A stretch of 64,000 nt of DNA, taken from assembly GCA_050084515.1 (NCBI GenBank), contig CM114271.1, forward strand, positions 49,476,001-49,540,000, in the 5' to 3' direction. Origin of the DNA: Blasia pusilla (lineage: Eukaryota). Positions within the stretch are counted from its first letter, which is position 1; every line of letters starts with the position of its first letter. A model generated the notes under the pieces. It saw only the letters and a program-made list of their open reading frames with translations, had not been told where the DNA came from and made no database searches. The position numbers were made by a program, and so were the translations under genes. This document shows, piece after piece, positions 1 through 14,700 of the stretch.

Positions 1-3000
1 TCACCAACAAAGCAGAGACAATATCAAGCAACAACAAGAGAGCTATGACTACTACTAAGTGGGCCTCTAGCGCTGGCGTCTCCCACATTGAGCCCGCCGC
101 AAAAATCCCATTAGTCACCTCTTGCAACGCTTATGGAGACCAGCCGCCACTAATCGCAGAGCTAAGGACAACCCATTTTCGAGTGGAGATGATTGATACA
201 TCTCTATGGCCAGGGGATGAAGATGTGTCCTCGTGTAGTCATCAGAGATGCTCCTTGTAGCATTCGCCCTTGGGCCACCACTTGGGCTCGTGACCTTGCC
301 CCGCGTAGGATCTGTGACTATTCCGCCACAACCACCTGGCCCACGTGTCATGTAGAGACGGCACGAATGAGGGAATCCGCATGGAGTAGTGCCTCTCTCT
401 GCACATGGAAGCCACTCCGGTTGAACATGTTTGCATCGTGAGTGGCTATCCTCTCACCCCAACCGGGCCGGCGTGCCAAATGCACACCAAGTGGATCAGC
501 TCCGCGACACTTTGGTGTGTAACAACCAACTCGATGGTTGGGGAGGCCCAAGCGGAACCGCAATTGGGTATAGGTAAGTGGTGCGATACGGAAAGCTGGA
601 GAAGGGGGCGCCCCTACCCATGAGCCCCCTTCTTCCGAGAACGGGCCCTAACCTCCATGGGGATATGACATAGTCTGCCTCAAAGTGGGCTTCCATCAAG
701 GAAGATTGGAGCCCAGATCGACCGGGAGGTAACTAAGGAGGAGAAAGTGGGGAGAACGGCTCGGCCTCAACTTGAAGGGAATCTCTGTTGTGAGTAAAAG
801 TGGGAAAGAGCCATCCTCGACCCGGGAGACGAGTGTAGAAGGAGCGGTCTATCTCTAACCAAAAATCGGGAGCAAAGGAGGGTGCCACTATGGCCCAACT
901 CCCTAAAAAAGCGAGGGCGCCACTAACCTGGTCGAGAGAAGACCTACTCCATTTAAAAGAAATCGGCCAGAGGCCTGTCTACGAGCTAACTCCCCCCATG
1001 GGGCACTCTAAGGAGCCGGGTCCTAGAAGATCCCCAAACACACTGCATGAGCTTCCTATCAAAGGATCTATATAGGGAAGAAAGGTGACTAGATGTCCAA
1101 ACAGTTCTAGTGAGGTAACCAGGTCAGGCGACTTGAGGGTCACCAATCCTTAAGATCATCAACGTGGAGAAGATCTCGGTAAGAGCCGCCAAAGTCGATA
1201 CAAAGTCCTGGCTCCGGCGGTACTCCCAAGACTCAACAGTCGCAAGAAGCCTCGGGTAAATGTAGATCATCACGTAGGCCTAATGGAGACCAAGCCTTGC
1301 ACTTCCCCCACCTTAGGCCGACAATCTGAAAAGTTCGAATGAGGGGACAACCAGATCTCGGGACCAACAATGTGAGTATCATGAATGAAGGGAACATGCA
1401 ACCCGGGAAAGCCTCCCGTCAGAACTTGTAATGTGAGAAAGAACTTGTAATGAGCCACAAAGAAACAACGCGCCACCCAGTAGGGTCACCCCGACGAGTT
1501 TGAGTGAGACTCCAAGACCGTGACCTCCTCCTCGATCGACCATTAAAAGCCTGCACAAAGGGAATGAGGGCTCGCCATGGGGCCACCGCGTCCCTCAACA
1601 ACTGTGAATATAGTAGCCCGAGATTGAGTTGAAGGCGTTCTCCACGCCCACTTTGGATGTACATCTAGACAAGCCCTCAAACCTAAGGCAACTCAACTGG
1701 TGCGGAGTCGAAAGCCTCACGGAATTGCAAAGCGAGAGTACGACTCACCAACCGCAAGAGCACTCACCAAATCGGACGGATACCACCACCCCCTTTGACA
1801 ACGCCAAAAGTCGCCCGCCCCTAATACTTGGGCCATCTTTGTTGGCACTCTCCTGAGCTAGGTGAGAGGCAACCTGAAGCAACTTCGAGAAGATCGGAAG
1901 AAAAAGGTGTTCGTACATCATACCTGACAAACCTCCGGCCGCATCGGAGAACGCCCGAGTGCCCGTGCAAAGAGGGATCAAGGAGCATATTCGGATGGAA
2001 GTCACGTGCAAAAGCCGGAATGTCAACCGATGGACGAGGAAGCCTCCGAGGGCATCGATGGTGCGGCAGAGCCATGTCCATCGGGCGAAGAACGCGGCGG
2101 CTCGCGAGTACTCGATCATGAATGACACGAAACCAGGTGAACTATAAATGCCACAAACTCATCAGACTCCCAAAATGTGGGACGTGCTATAACCTCTCTA
2201 TTAGTGTAACGAAGACACCATCGTGGAAGGAGAAGTAGTAGGTACTAGCTCATCCATAGGAGATCTAGCGAGGGAAGGAGGAATGTTGGCGGAGGTCGTC
2301 CCCGAATAGCATGGGGATCCTATGAAACAACCTCGAGGGAAAACGGGTCTCAAGAGACCTATAATCCTGGTGGGACCTCAACCACTCCCATGCCTCAGGA
2401 GGGGGCGATGATGGGAAGCCGGAGAGCATCCATGGTCGATCCAAATCTATTCAGGATGTTTGCTAAGTGGTTCCGAATTCGAACGAGTGTGACAACATGG
2501 GCATTTAGTATCGACTAGGCGACCCACGGGTTCGGGAGCCAATGCGGTCGAGGCATGGATGCAACTCACCAAGAAGAGGATCTAAAATTGACAATCCCCG
2601 ATCTATCGTCATCCCCATTCAGCGGTCTGGCAAACCACTCTCTTGTCCCGGTAATGCTCCCTCTAACATAAACTCTCACCTACCAACATCACCTAGGACT
2701 TCTAGTCCCAACCCCTCCCAAAAATAAACTCATGAATCATTAGAGTTGCTAAGAGTGTGAAAAGATCATGGGCCCTTCAAGATAAAATAGATGAGAAGAA
2801 AAGTGTATCGGGAAGGGTACCAAATACAAACGAGAATCGAACCAAAATGAGAAGCACATCGACAAATACGACAAACAAGAAAGGACTTGGGAAAGGAGGG
2901 GAAGGGTGGGTGAATAGAGGCGTTACCTTAGGAAATTTCTCCAAATGACAATAAGCTAAACCTAATATTCACATTTGGAACCCTAATATGAACCGAATTC

Positions 3001-6000
3001 TAAAAAGATGAATAAAAATAAAAATGCCATGCAGCAAGGTCCGGATCAAAACGAAGCCACGCTCTCCGCTTACGAACATGTAGCACGCGTCTCTTTTCGT
3101 CCCCTACGCCCTCCGTCCTTCCTCCCGCCGTCCCAATCCATGCCTCTCGCCGTCCCCGCCCAAAATCGCTGCTCCGTTCCATTCCGCGTATTGACCACTT
3201 GAGTGAATGTCAAGTGGGACAAATGACTGATCAGATCCTCTTAATTGCACATTGCCGAAGCTTGGGGATCCGAGCTATCGAAAGTCTTTCCTAGTTTGTC
3301 GTTCAAACGCTCATAAACCAGAAGCACGGGGCGTGACGAGCGCTTACGCCAAACCCGGGGACCTGCGCTGAAATAGAAGTTTGTTTGATGTTCTCGCGCA
3401 GCTCATTAATCCTGTGAGACATTCTTCACTTACATCTGATTCAGGTCTGAAATTTTCGGCAAAGTTGCTCCAGTTTCCACATAATGCAGATTTGATAGGC
3501 CAACAACTGCACATGGGCCGCATGGGCGTCCTTCCTCACACGGATGCGTACCGGGGGATCATGAAGATACATCAACTGCGCTGGGATAATTCTGCTTGAC
3601 AGCGACGCCAGCACTTCCTGTTCCCCACTGCTGTTTCAACTTACTAAGTATCACTACCAACTCGTTCATCTTCCGGGTATAAATGTTTTACCACGCGGGA
3701 CTTTCTGAAGTGAATTTTGAATTCGTATCTTTCGTAAGTTTTGTCAGCGGAAAGTGCGTCTTTTCTGCCGAAGTTTGCGGCACGAAGTGTAGGAAATAAG
3801 AACTTTTTTCGCTAGAAATGGCAACAGTGGCGAGCGCCATTCGAGAAGGTAAGTGGTTATTGCAAATGCGAGCACGTGGTGTGGAAATGGCTCGATCACA
3901 ATTTCTCGTCAACTTTAAGTCAAATTTTCGTTGTATAGATGTGCATTGGAAGCGCCACATGCATTGCTTGCGAAAAATCAAGATCCACATCTGAAAGATC
4001 ATAATTCCTGGATCAATTGTGGGATCTACGAAACGCGACTATTGGCATGCACGCACGCACCGATATCAAAACAAGCCTTCCTCCCAGCAATTGCTGCACG
4101 ATTGGGATCATGATATTACTTTTCATCCGTGCGCGCACTTAGAGGAAGGCTAACTGTCTGCATTAAATGGATCTTATGAACTTGATTAAAATCAATCCTT
4201 CACCACGGAATGCTTCTTAAGAAGCACCGGAAATCGTAGTCTACGCTGAGGTAAGTACTGTCTGCTTGAATCGGGCGTCGTTACGATGAAGTATCTTGGT
4301 GGATTCTCTGAGTGTTTCCAACTATATTTTTGCATTGTAAAGTTGGTAAATTCTCGGAGTGTTTCCAACGAATCTCCATGGTCTGTCTTGTCCTACGGTA
4401 GAGGAGGTTATGGTGTTATGGTGCAGGCGTCCCCGAAGCATTCGGTTTTTTGGCAAAGCCGTAGGAACTCTCAGAGATTAGGATATGTCAAAGCCCTGAC
4501 CCTAATCATATAAGAGCTTCAACGAGATCACGAACCTCATCAGCTAGCATGCGTGTGAATTTGAAGCCTTCAAAGCTCAATCCTAGTCGTACAGGTAAGT
4601 ATCAATCGGAACGAAAAAACCTTCAATCAAAGTAGTGCTGGTACGTATCAATCCGCACGGAGATTTGTAGGCACGGATCTACGGACCAAGATGCTGCCGA
4701 GACTGTACGAGCTCGTTCTGTTTTAGACCATAGGGACCTGGAGGAAGAGAAATTGATCCACATATTTTTGAGGTCGAGGTTGAGGTAAGAAGTCGTCATA
4801 AGCTTTACGTCACAAGCCGACACAGCAGGAGAAAGCAACTGAGGCCGTTTCACCCACTCAATTCCTTTATACTCCAATTGAGGGACATCTTGCATCATCC
4901 AGGATCCAAACGAGAACTTAAAGATTCACTTAATGACACTGAAGTTCTAACATGGGGATTGACGACTCAGCTTGGGGCAGTGCATACGCTCTTGACTTAA
5001 TTAGTTACGACAGCCAGATTACGAGCGTCTCACCCCATGGACTGGTTGGAGACAGCGAAAACTTATGTCAGCAGCTTCTATCAACTTGGGACGTCAACTT
5101 GTGTCACGACGAACCACCCGGTGACGGGTACGTACTGACCGACCGTGCTCCGAACTCAACAAAATGGACATGAGACGACAGCAATCACCGAAGTTATAGT
5201 ATGCAATCGAAAATCATCGTCACGGACAAGCCCTTACCATCCTGAAAGTCTCCACACTTATTTGGAGGAAGAGACATCCAGTTTTGTCTCGCTTTAAGCT
5301 TAGTCATTAGATTGGATCCAGCGTGCATACTCCCAAGATTTCGTCGTCCATTGGGCTTAATGATGGCAGAGCCAATAAATAGGTGAAGTTCACAGGATTA
5401 CTGGTTAGGATTGGTTAAAACTAAAATCTGCCTTAGAACCACCTTAATCTTCATGCAGTGGACAACAGAGTCAGTCGAGGGTTGAGGAGAGATCTCTTAA
5501 GTGACTTGTCGGCAAGCTACATTGGAAGACTTGAAAAGAGGGAAAAAATCAGGCTATGATCAAAACCTGTAGATTTGCCGGCCCAGCTTAAGTGGTACTA
5601 ACATGTGGGCAATTATGGAGATCGCCTTTAGTTCGCTAGTCTAATCTTGCAAGGGCTAGGCCTCTCAAGCCTTCATTTGCAGATCTCAAATTGTTGAGCC
5701 TGAGTAGAAATAATTTTTTCTAGCCTGCTCTCTCTGACGTCAATGATGAGCGCTACAAATTCCACAAATCGACGTGTCTATAATTCAGAATGATCGGTGG
5801 GTGGAAAGAAGTGGATTGAACTCTGGCCGGGCCTGTTCCAGAGCTGAAGCCGGTTCTCTATATGTCTTTCCTGGAACAAGCACTTGCTGTCGGTGGGAAT
5901 GGAGGTAGGATGTGTCAACCATCACGACAGCTGTACACACTAGTTGGATCACAAATATTTCATGGTAGTATTATATTTTCATGCTCGTCATATTTATAAT

Positions 6001-7986
6001 GCCGTAGGATGAGACTCATTGAACACATGGTTCGGGGAGTTTTTTCGTGGGAATGGTAAATGGGAAACGGAAATCCCGGTTTTTTAATCGGTTTTCAGAT
6101 ATGAAATACAAAGAGTGTCCTCAAATCCAACCGGTTTTTCGTAGGCAGCTTTAAAATTAATCGGAAATTCTCAGATTTAACCGGCTAGCCTTACTCGTAA
6201 CCCCGGATCTCCCCGATCATTGATTGAACATCGGGAAGTTAGAACTACATTTGCCCCACGATTAATAACAACTCCTAAGTCCACTGTCGATCGATGATAA
6301 AGCCGTCAGCTCTACATCTATCAAGTGCAAAAAAATGAAACGTCAAGGGTGAGTCTCGCCCGGAAGACGAAATAATTAGGTCGTGCGATTCTCACAATGG
6401 TCCTCTCCAGTAACTGTTAGATTGCATACGTGACTCGTGAACATGTTTAAGGGTTTACTCATACTAAACTGTCGTACTCACCACACAATCTTTATGGAAA
6501 TGTTATTGCTTGCACGGAAGGGGATGAATGTGGATTGGAGTGTTGTGTCACCAAAACTGGGACATGGGATAGGTAACACAAGGTGAACGTACTTCATAGA
6601 GGGTATTGATGAAGTCCCATGGTCAAGGAACCACCGACATTCTTTGTAAAGTCTGCCGACAGTATTTGAGAATTTCTGAAAGGATTTGAACTTGACCGGG
6701 AAGAAAACCAATGAGAAAAATCTAGTGATCGGAAACGAGCTGCCCCGTTAGAAAATTGGCGGCAATTTTGAGGAAAATGTTCAGGAGAGACCGGTAATAT
6801 TTCCGAATTAAATCTCCAGACCTCCTATATTTCCCGGGTAAGAATGAATTTACCGGGCAGCGCCATACGTGTTTACATGGGACTAGGGTTGGTACTAGGT
6901 AATAAGTATGTTAAGGTATCTTAACTAGCATTTAAAGCTTATCTAAACGGAGCACCCGACTAAAATCTTGCCGGAGACTTCCGGGGGAGAACGGAAACTT
7001 GCCGAGCTCCCCTGGGAAGTAAGTTAGAACTTGAAAGGAACAAGAAAACAAGTTACTAATTGAATTCAAACCATGAAGAATGCATTTGAACCAAGGTAAT
7101 TAAAATATCTGCATTGGAATATCTGATTCATTACACGCGGGAAAATCCCTTTTGTGGGTTCAAACCTTTCTACCAACATAGACTCTACCAACCTCAATTT
7201 TATTTATTCTATTTATTTTTAGTAGGGTTCAACCCATTTTAATTTTAATCATCTAATCTTCCATTACCCCCCCCCTTAATTACATTAACAAAAATATTAA
7301 ACCAATCCACTATAGTTCCAAATACTCTGAAGATGTTTTGTTTTTTTTGAGTATTCTTAACACTTCTTTACAAACTCCAGGGAAAATTTAGTCTTTATCC
7401 TCTTTTCCTTTGAAACATAGACTAAAGACGCAAAGTATCATGCCTTTTACGATAGATCGATGAGTTTTGATAGAGTGCCTTCAAGGATTTTGTAAGATAG
7501 CCTCAAGAGGTCAAAGATGACTTGTTGAGACCTTGGGTAAGTTAAACCTAAGAGTTTTACGATAAATCAACGAGTTTTGATAGAGCGCCTTCAAGGATTT
7601 TGGAGGATAGCCTCAAGAGGTCAAAGATAACTTGTTCGGACCTTGAGAAAGTTAAACCTACGAGAGCATATTTCCCCTTCCCCTTTTAGAGCTATGTAGA
7701 GAAATTTATTATTTTGAGTAAGTTACTTTTAGGCAAGGTTGCATGTGGAGAAATTCTGTGTCCGTGGATATGTCCATGTCCATGGACTTATGTCCATCTT
7801 ATGGAAGGACTTGTTCGTATGGCCACCACCTTTCCTTTCTTTCTCATTCCCCTCACTTGCCTTCGTGCTCCATACTTCCCCATTTCTCTCTCCCTCCTCC
7901 CTCATTGCTCCTCTCATCCTTGCCTTGCCTTCCATCATAGACTAAAAGTCTGGGTCCCACCTCTTGGAATTCATGTCCATGGACAT

Positions 7987-8571
7987 TGTCGTGCGAATCC
8001 ACATCGTCATACAACATACATCGCTGACATACCATACGCACATACATACATAACATAGACGAGAGTATCCACAGACGCAAGTGTACCACAACTCAAATCC
8101 GTGAAAGACCTACTGTCATAAAACACGTTTACAATCACATACAATCGAGCCAAACCCACTCCACGATGGGAGAATCTAGGTCGGAAGCTTGCGGGAAACA
8201 CCATAGCCAAGAGTTCTACTCACTACCAAGGCTAACTCCCAACGCAACAGGCTCAACTCAAAGAACTGACTGTTCTTTGAGGGCAAGCCACCTTATATCC
8301 TCCAACCTAAGAGCGGGCCCTACTGGGAAAGTCACCCCCAAGTGAGTAACCCCCAACCCTATGTATGGAACCGCATCTCTACCAATCCACTATGGTCCTA
8401 CATAAGGAATGGCCTCTACCAGCACACCATACTCTACGACATAATCCGTATGGTCATGACAACTGTCGTGCGAATCCACATCGTCATACAACATACATCG
8501 CTGACATACCATACGCACATACATACATAACATAGACGAGAGTATCCACAAACGCAAGTGTACCACAACTC
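7987..8571 (-). repeat. E1 3' terminal block S1-NN-L2-S2
   Basis: The 108-bp S occurs at 8464-8571 and 7987-8094 (one visible mismatch). L at 8095-8461 matches 17503-17866. There is a 2-nt linker at 8462-8463. Confidence 0.95.
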
Positions 8572-8742
8572 GCCCCCCTAATTGGCGATTAGGTCCCTCT
8601 AACTCCCAGGTAGTCCTATACATCTACTACATGCTATACACCTTCTTGGGTGCCCGAATCAGAAGGCCGGGTGCTAGGTTGCCCCAACGTTAGTCGCACA
8701 TCTGTAATCCATATCATGCAAAGATCAAGTCATCTACCTCTC

Positions 8743-11700
8743 CTAAGTACATCGAGGACAAACCCACCTTCCAATAGGAACAACATCCAAACGTGGAGTC
8801 AAACACATCATGTGCCAACCCCTAGAACACCGATCACACACCAACATATGGGGCTGCGTTGCAGAGACCACACAACATGCACCTCAAGCTAGCAGGTATC
8901 ATGGCTAAGCTTGGGTCAACAGTACCATCCACATTTGGAAGATGACATGGCGCACAATTACGCACATGGTCCTTCCAAACAACTCCATCACGACCCTCCA
9001 ACATGAGAACTCCAGAAGCTAACACCTCATGCACTTTCGTAAAATAGTGCGGCTGCCGTCACATCCAACGTTGTCGGGCAATCTGCTGCAAATAGACATA
9101 GTCCCCACATGGAACCTACGAATCGATGGTCGATAACCTTCACCCGAATGGTTGCATACCGCAACGTATCCCTGTGTTGAGCAATGGCAAGATTCTCAAA
9201 GGTGTTGGCATAACTCTCCGAAAGAGCTCCGCCCTACCGAGAACACACCCTCATCCACATCTCGGGTCATCAAGGTTCACCACCTCACTAGACTCGACCA
9301 ATTCTTTCTTTGGCAAGTCGGATCTCGGCCGTATAACAGAAAATAAGGTGAGAAGGAAGCCAAGGATGCTTGGCGACTGAACCTATACCCCATGGCTAAC
9401 CATGACAACTGAATATCCCAGTCTCCAAGATGCTCCTTCTGTAGGCCATACTTGCGCAATGCCCTCTTCACCTTCTGAACCACACGCTCAGCCAAACCAT
9501 CAGCCTTTGGATGATCTCGAGATGTGGTCCGATGATCAATCAACGCCTTGTCACACAAGACTGAAACTCACCACAAACTCAGACCTGGTTGGTCAGCACT
9601 TGAGCTGGTGCACCAAAATGACTAAGCACTCTATCCAGAAACGCATACGCCGTTCCCTCACTTGCCTTGTCCGGTAATGCCACCAACTCAATCCACTTGG
9701 AGAAGTGCTTTACCATCACCAACACATATCGATGATGTCGTACAGTCAACGGTAACGGTCTCGCAAAGTCCACACTCCAACGGTAACCCAACCCCATAAT
9801 AGGCAAGGGGTGTAATTGTGGTGTAGGGGCATTAAATGATGCCCTCACCCGGTCACAAACCATACAACGTGACACCAATTGCTGCACCTGAGTATGCATG
9901 CCACGCCACCAATACTGGCCAAGGAGTAAGCTATACGTACGCTTTACCCCAAAATGTCCCAACTCCTCATGGGCATGTCGCACAATGCGCTCTCTCTGAG
10001 CCAAATGTGGCACTACTCGTACTCTACCATCCTCCCACACGCGGAGAATATGTGTTCCCTCCAATCGATACCTCTTAGCACGTTGAAGAACACGGTCTCG
10101 CTCCTTGGCACTCACTATGCCTGGCACCCTACTGGTCCGTAGGAACTCCAACACCAACGCATCATCATGAATATCACGCTGATCCGTACCACCATCTCCA
10201 ACCTTAGGATCTGAAGGCTGGCCATCTACCCTCTGACTAGAGTAAGATATCATGTGGTCCTCCATACTAGAGTCCACCCCTAACCAACATAAAAAGGCGG
10301 ATGCATGCCAACCTGGCACCATCTCCTCATCAACCTCGCCATGCCATCAGTTGTATCCTCTTGGCTAGTACATGGGTTCCTACTCAACCCATCAGCATCA
10401 AGGTTGGCAACTCCAGGTCTATGTACCACCTGGAAGTCATACTCCTGTAAGATAAGAGCCCATCGTGCAAGCTTCCCTATAAGCTTTTCCGACTCCATCA
10501 ACCACTTGAGCGGTTGGTGATCAGTAACAAGGGTAAACTGTGTGCCAAACAAGTAACACCTAAAGTGTGCCACAACCCACACTACTGCCAAGCACTCTCC
10601 CTCATATGAACTATAGCGCGACTCCGCTGCATTATTCGAACGACTTGCATAGGCCACCACAAACTCCATGTGCTCATCATCATGTTGTGTCAACACCGCT
10701 CCAAGTCCCAACCTACTCCAATCAGTGTGTAACTGAAATGGGCGCCCTCTGATAGGTCTCCTCAAGATAGGCGCCGCCACCAACTAGGCCTTAAGCTCCA
10801 CAAAAGCTCTCTCTTGATCATCTCCCCAGTGCCACTCTTGATCTGATTTCAGCAATTGGTTCAAAGGCTTTGCCATAGCTCTTGATCTGATTTCAGAAAT
10901 TGGTTCAAAGGCTTTGCCATAGCACTAAATCCCTTCACATAGCTCCGATAGTAGTTCGCCAATCCCATGAATGCTCGAACTCTACTCACATCTATCGGAC
11001 GCGGAATAAGTGCAATAGCCTCCACCTTTGCTTGCTGAACTCCCAAACCACCTGGATAGATCACATGACCCAAGTACTCAACATCCTCATGGAAGAACTT
11101 ACACTTTCCTGGATGCAAACGTAGACCATGAGCTTTCAACCGCTCAAACACCATCTGCAAATGTATCTGATGCTCCTCCACCGTGTTACTGAACACCAAG
11201 ATATCATCAATGTAACACCAAACAAAATCCAACCCTGCTAGGATCCTGTCCATCACTCTTTGAAACTCGGCAGGTGCATTCTTCAACCCAAAGGGTAAGA
11301 ATTTCCACTGGTACAAACAATCCTTGCCATGAGAGTTGACACCCCAAAATGCTGTCTTGGCCTTGTCACTCTCCCGAATCGGCAATTGATGGTATCCTGC
11401 CCGAAGATCCAAAGTATTGAAAATCTTTGCCTGTCCCACCACATCAAAGATCTCCTCAGGTGTAGGCATGGCATACCTATCGGCCTTGGTTTGCCGATTG
11501 ATAGGACGGTAATCTCCACACATCCGCCTATCCGTGTAGTTGCCATGCATATCCTTTTTAGCAAGCATGACAGTGGCTGATGCATACTCTCCATGCGACA
11601 ACTCCACTAATCCAGCCTCCAAAAGGTCCACCGTCCTACTCTGAATCAGGTCCCTCTCCATATCACTATATCGGTAGGGACGACGGAAGATTGGCGTATG

Positions 11701-14700
11701 ACTAGCCAAATCAATCCGTATACCGGGTCCAACCAGAGAACCAAACTCCTTCATGCTAAAGGCAAAACAACTCCTATAAGCACGTAGGAATTGTGTCAAG
11801 CGTCATTTCTCACCTCCCGTAAGCTTGGGCCCAAGTAATGGCTCCCAAGTCTCCTCCACTGGCATACTAGAGGGAGAGGGCGATGCCATTGGGCGCTCAT
11901 AACCCCTCACAAGATGATACACCCTTAGCTACACCATCATCGAGCAAATAACTCCTCCACCAAAGCATGAGCAACCAACTCCACATGCCTAGCCATTACA
12001 TCCCATTTACTCCAAGGATGCAAAATACTACTCTCCTCGCCCCGGTGATGCCTCTACCGCCCCGATAGCCATCAAGCTCATTACAAGGGGTGGAAGACCC
12101 CCAGACATAGTCCGAAGTCGCTATTTGCGGCCATACCAAGACTCAAAATCCAAGTCAAACAATTCAGGTCCATGGCCTGACCCAACACATGACGTCGTGA
12201 AGCCTCGAAATAGAAGCAACCATTGTCATGATAGTAAATCCCCATCGCACGCTCTCTCTCATCAGCGTTAGGCTCCACCAACTGTCGCACATGAGAATCC
12301 CATACAAGCCCCGGACCACCTTCCCTGTAGGCATGTGACGTTGGAAATCTCACAAATGTGGGTAGTGCCATCCTAGGCTGGCCCACACGGTTCACCACTG
12401 CCATGGGTGACCGATCAATAACCCTCACCACTTGGGAAAGTCGCCCAAGATATCAAGATACTATCCTTTGTAAGGCGAGGATCCCGCCAGACCGCATCAT
12501 ATGCTCGACGTAGAACCTCCCTAGGCAACAAGTTTGTCCACCACAAGCATGGACGATGTGCACGCAAGCCAACTCGCGCTGCATCCAACAACATCACTGG
12601 TCCAATCCAAGACCGCACCTCATGAACACTCGCCATCATCCGGGTCGAGTGTCACCCAACAATGGAACATTCTCCAGAATGTAAGCTAGAGCACGTGCTT
12701 GATGAACCTGAAGATGTCGTAACACCCGTAACATCTCCCAAAACAATCGAGACCTAGGGTCATGTAATCCCTCACCACGACCAGCACGTGTATGACCCTG
12801 ACATGGCCATCAAGCAATCACCAAATCCACAGGACCAACCCTCCCAAGGTCCTGCGCCCCCAACAATGCAATGTGTGATGGTAAAGCACGCTGGTACCCA
12901 CGAATAGCTGATGGCGGCAACAACTCAGGATATCTCCGCATCAACTGACCAATATGTTGGGATGAGACTCTCTGGGCCGTCTCATCTCGCTCCACATACA
13001 CGTATCTCCGCACAGGAATACCGGCCTGCAACACTGCCGCCAAACTAGTGCTAATCCCACCAAAGAGATCTAACACACAAATGCCCTCCGGCGGATACTG
13101 CCATACAATGGGTGTAGTATCCAAAGGGGATAACCCAACTGGGCCAGAAGTAGGAGTCCGTGGGGCCTCCTCTTCCTCGTGAGGTATAACATGACCTCAC
13201 ACCAAGCCTCTGCACTAGGCGATCGGCCTCTGCCGTAGTGCACCGCCTGAACTCCAAAGTGGCACATCCAACGATGAGGATGCCCTTTGCTGCAAAAATA
13301 GGGACCTCCTCTTCCTCCTCATGCGCAGGAGAATCCATAGCGTAAAACATTACCCTCCAAAAAGTCTCCTGGCCAAGTGACTACTCCACTAAAACCAGCC
13401 ACAGATGCTAACTGCTTTGTTGGGGAAGACCCTCTGGTCGAGCCCGAAATAAATCTCACAGAACTTGGCTCATACGTCCATCCCGGACTGCCAACTTGGT
13501 CTATAAGACTGTCTCGATCCGATAATCCATCTGAAAACCCATCGGGTACAATCGCTCCTCCAACTAGTACATCATACGACTCGGTGATGTGACTACCATG
13601 CAGATACTCCCAACCGGGAGCTATCGATCGCATGATCTGGTCTCAAGCACAGAAAACTTCTCCGTGTCATGAATTGAGTCCTATCATTGGCTCCTCCAAG
13701 TGATGTTTGAATCTAGAATGGGCAAGGCTCAAGCTCGACCTCGAATACCCAAACCAATACATGCCGCCTTTCCCAACATCAAGGTTGGGCACCGAGTCTA
13801 ACAAGACTCTATCTGGTCTATACACTGTCTGTAGGACTCACCAATCGGAAGATCCCACTCCGGTTGTCCAACATACATACACAGTGTAAGCCTCTCACGA
13901 TCAATGGTGGCCGGGCTGGTAATGCATCCATCTTCGCCATCGCTTCTTTGCCGCCAAGTAGCACTGGTACTCAATGCTACTCCTGACATAGAGGGTCGCT
14001 CCACCGCAACACCCTCATCCACCTCAACACGTGTAGCAGTAACACCCCCACACAACGCGGCTGCTAACTGAAATACAGGAGCTAAGTCAACTCCTAAAGC
14101 CATCAGCTCCGTGGCCGAAAACAATGGAGATCCCAACACTGAAGTTGCCATCCGCAATACTGCATTGGATGCTGCATCCGTGTCTACTACACGCGATGTA
14201 GATGCCTCAATCCCCACTGTCGGCTCAATAGGCTGCGTAGGAACCATGGATGGAGTCCTAAGCACCTCAGACAACAAGAATGACTGGGGAAGCCTAACCT
14301 GCCTCCCTGCCTCACCCCTCTGTGGGTCCAACTCCACAGTAGCACCACGTGGCTCTGACGCTCAAGTGGCTCTTCTCGTAACTGCAGTTGATGCCTCAAC
14401 TTTGTCTTTGCACTCGCCATATAAGAGAGATCATCCCCTCCATAAGAGGTGGAAGCCCCTGCTCCCGAAACTGATCTATCTTTGGATACCACCATAGTAG
14501 CCAACTCTGCTCCAATCTGCTCAATCCGGCAGCCATAGGCGACTCTGTCGTAGTGGTAGGGGTAGCCACCGTAGGCTCTCCAACCTTTGGTCCACCTCTA
14601 CCACCCCTACCACCTCTACCACCTCGGCCTCTCGGAGCTACTCCACCACGGCCACGGCCCGATCTCAACTCGGATGAAGATCAAAGCAACGCTCTCGAGG

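Noticed and set aside
1-2950. Possible decayed transposon coding region on the minus strand (a short match between ~196-230 and 40940-40962 suggests it is repetitive)
   Set aside because: No recognisable domain or termini could be identified by eye; it needs a translated database search.
3818-4790. Several strong splice-donor motifs (GGTAAG at ~3848, 4250, 4594, 4784) hinting at a spliced plus-strand transcript
   Set aside because: I could not assemble a coherent reading frame or recognisable protein; RNA-seq would be needed.
7987-8571. S-L-S block as an assembly artefact or a chance insertion of a solo LTR next to an element
   Set aside because: The same layout and 2-nt spacer recur in three elements from two subfamilies. 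The TSD flanks the whole structure, not the inner L-S unit.
10835-10922. 44-bp tandem duplication in E1 RT/RH, and a ~66-bp duplication at 16757-16890
   Set aside because: Both are absent from sister copy E3. They are copy-specific slippage or assembly error, not programmed features.
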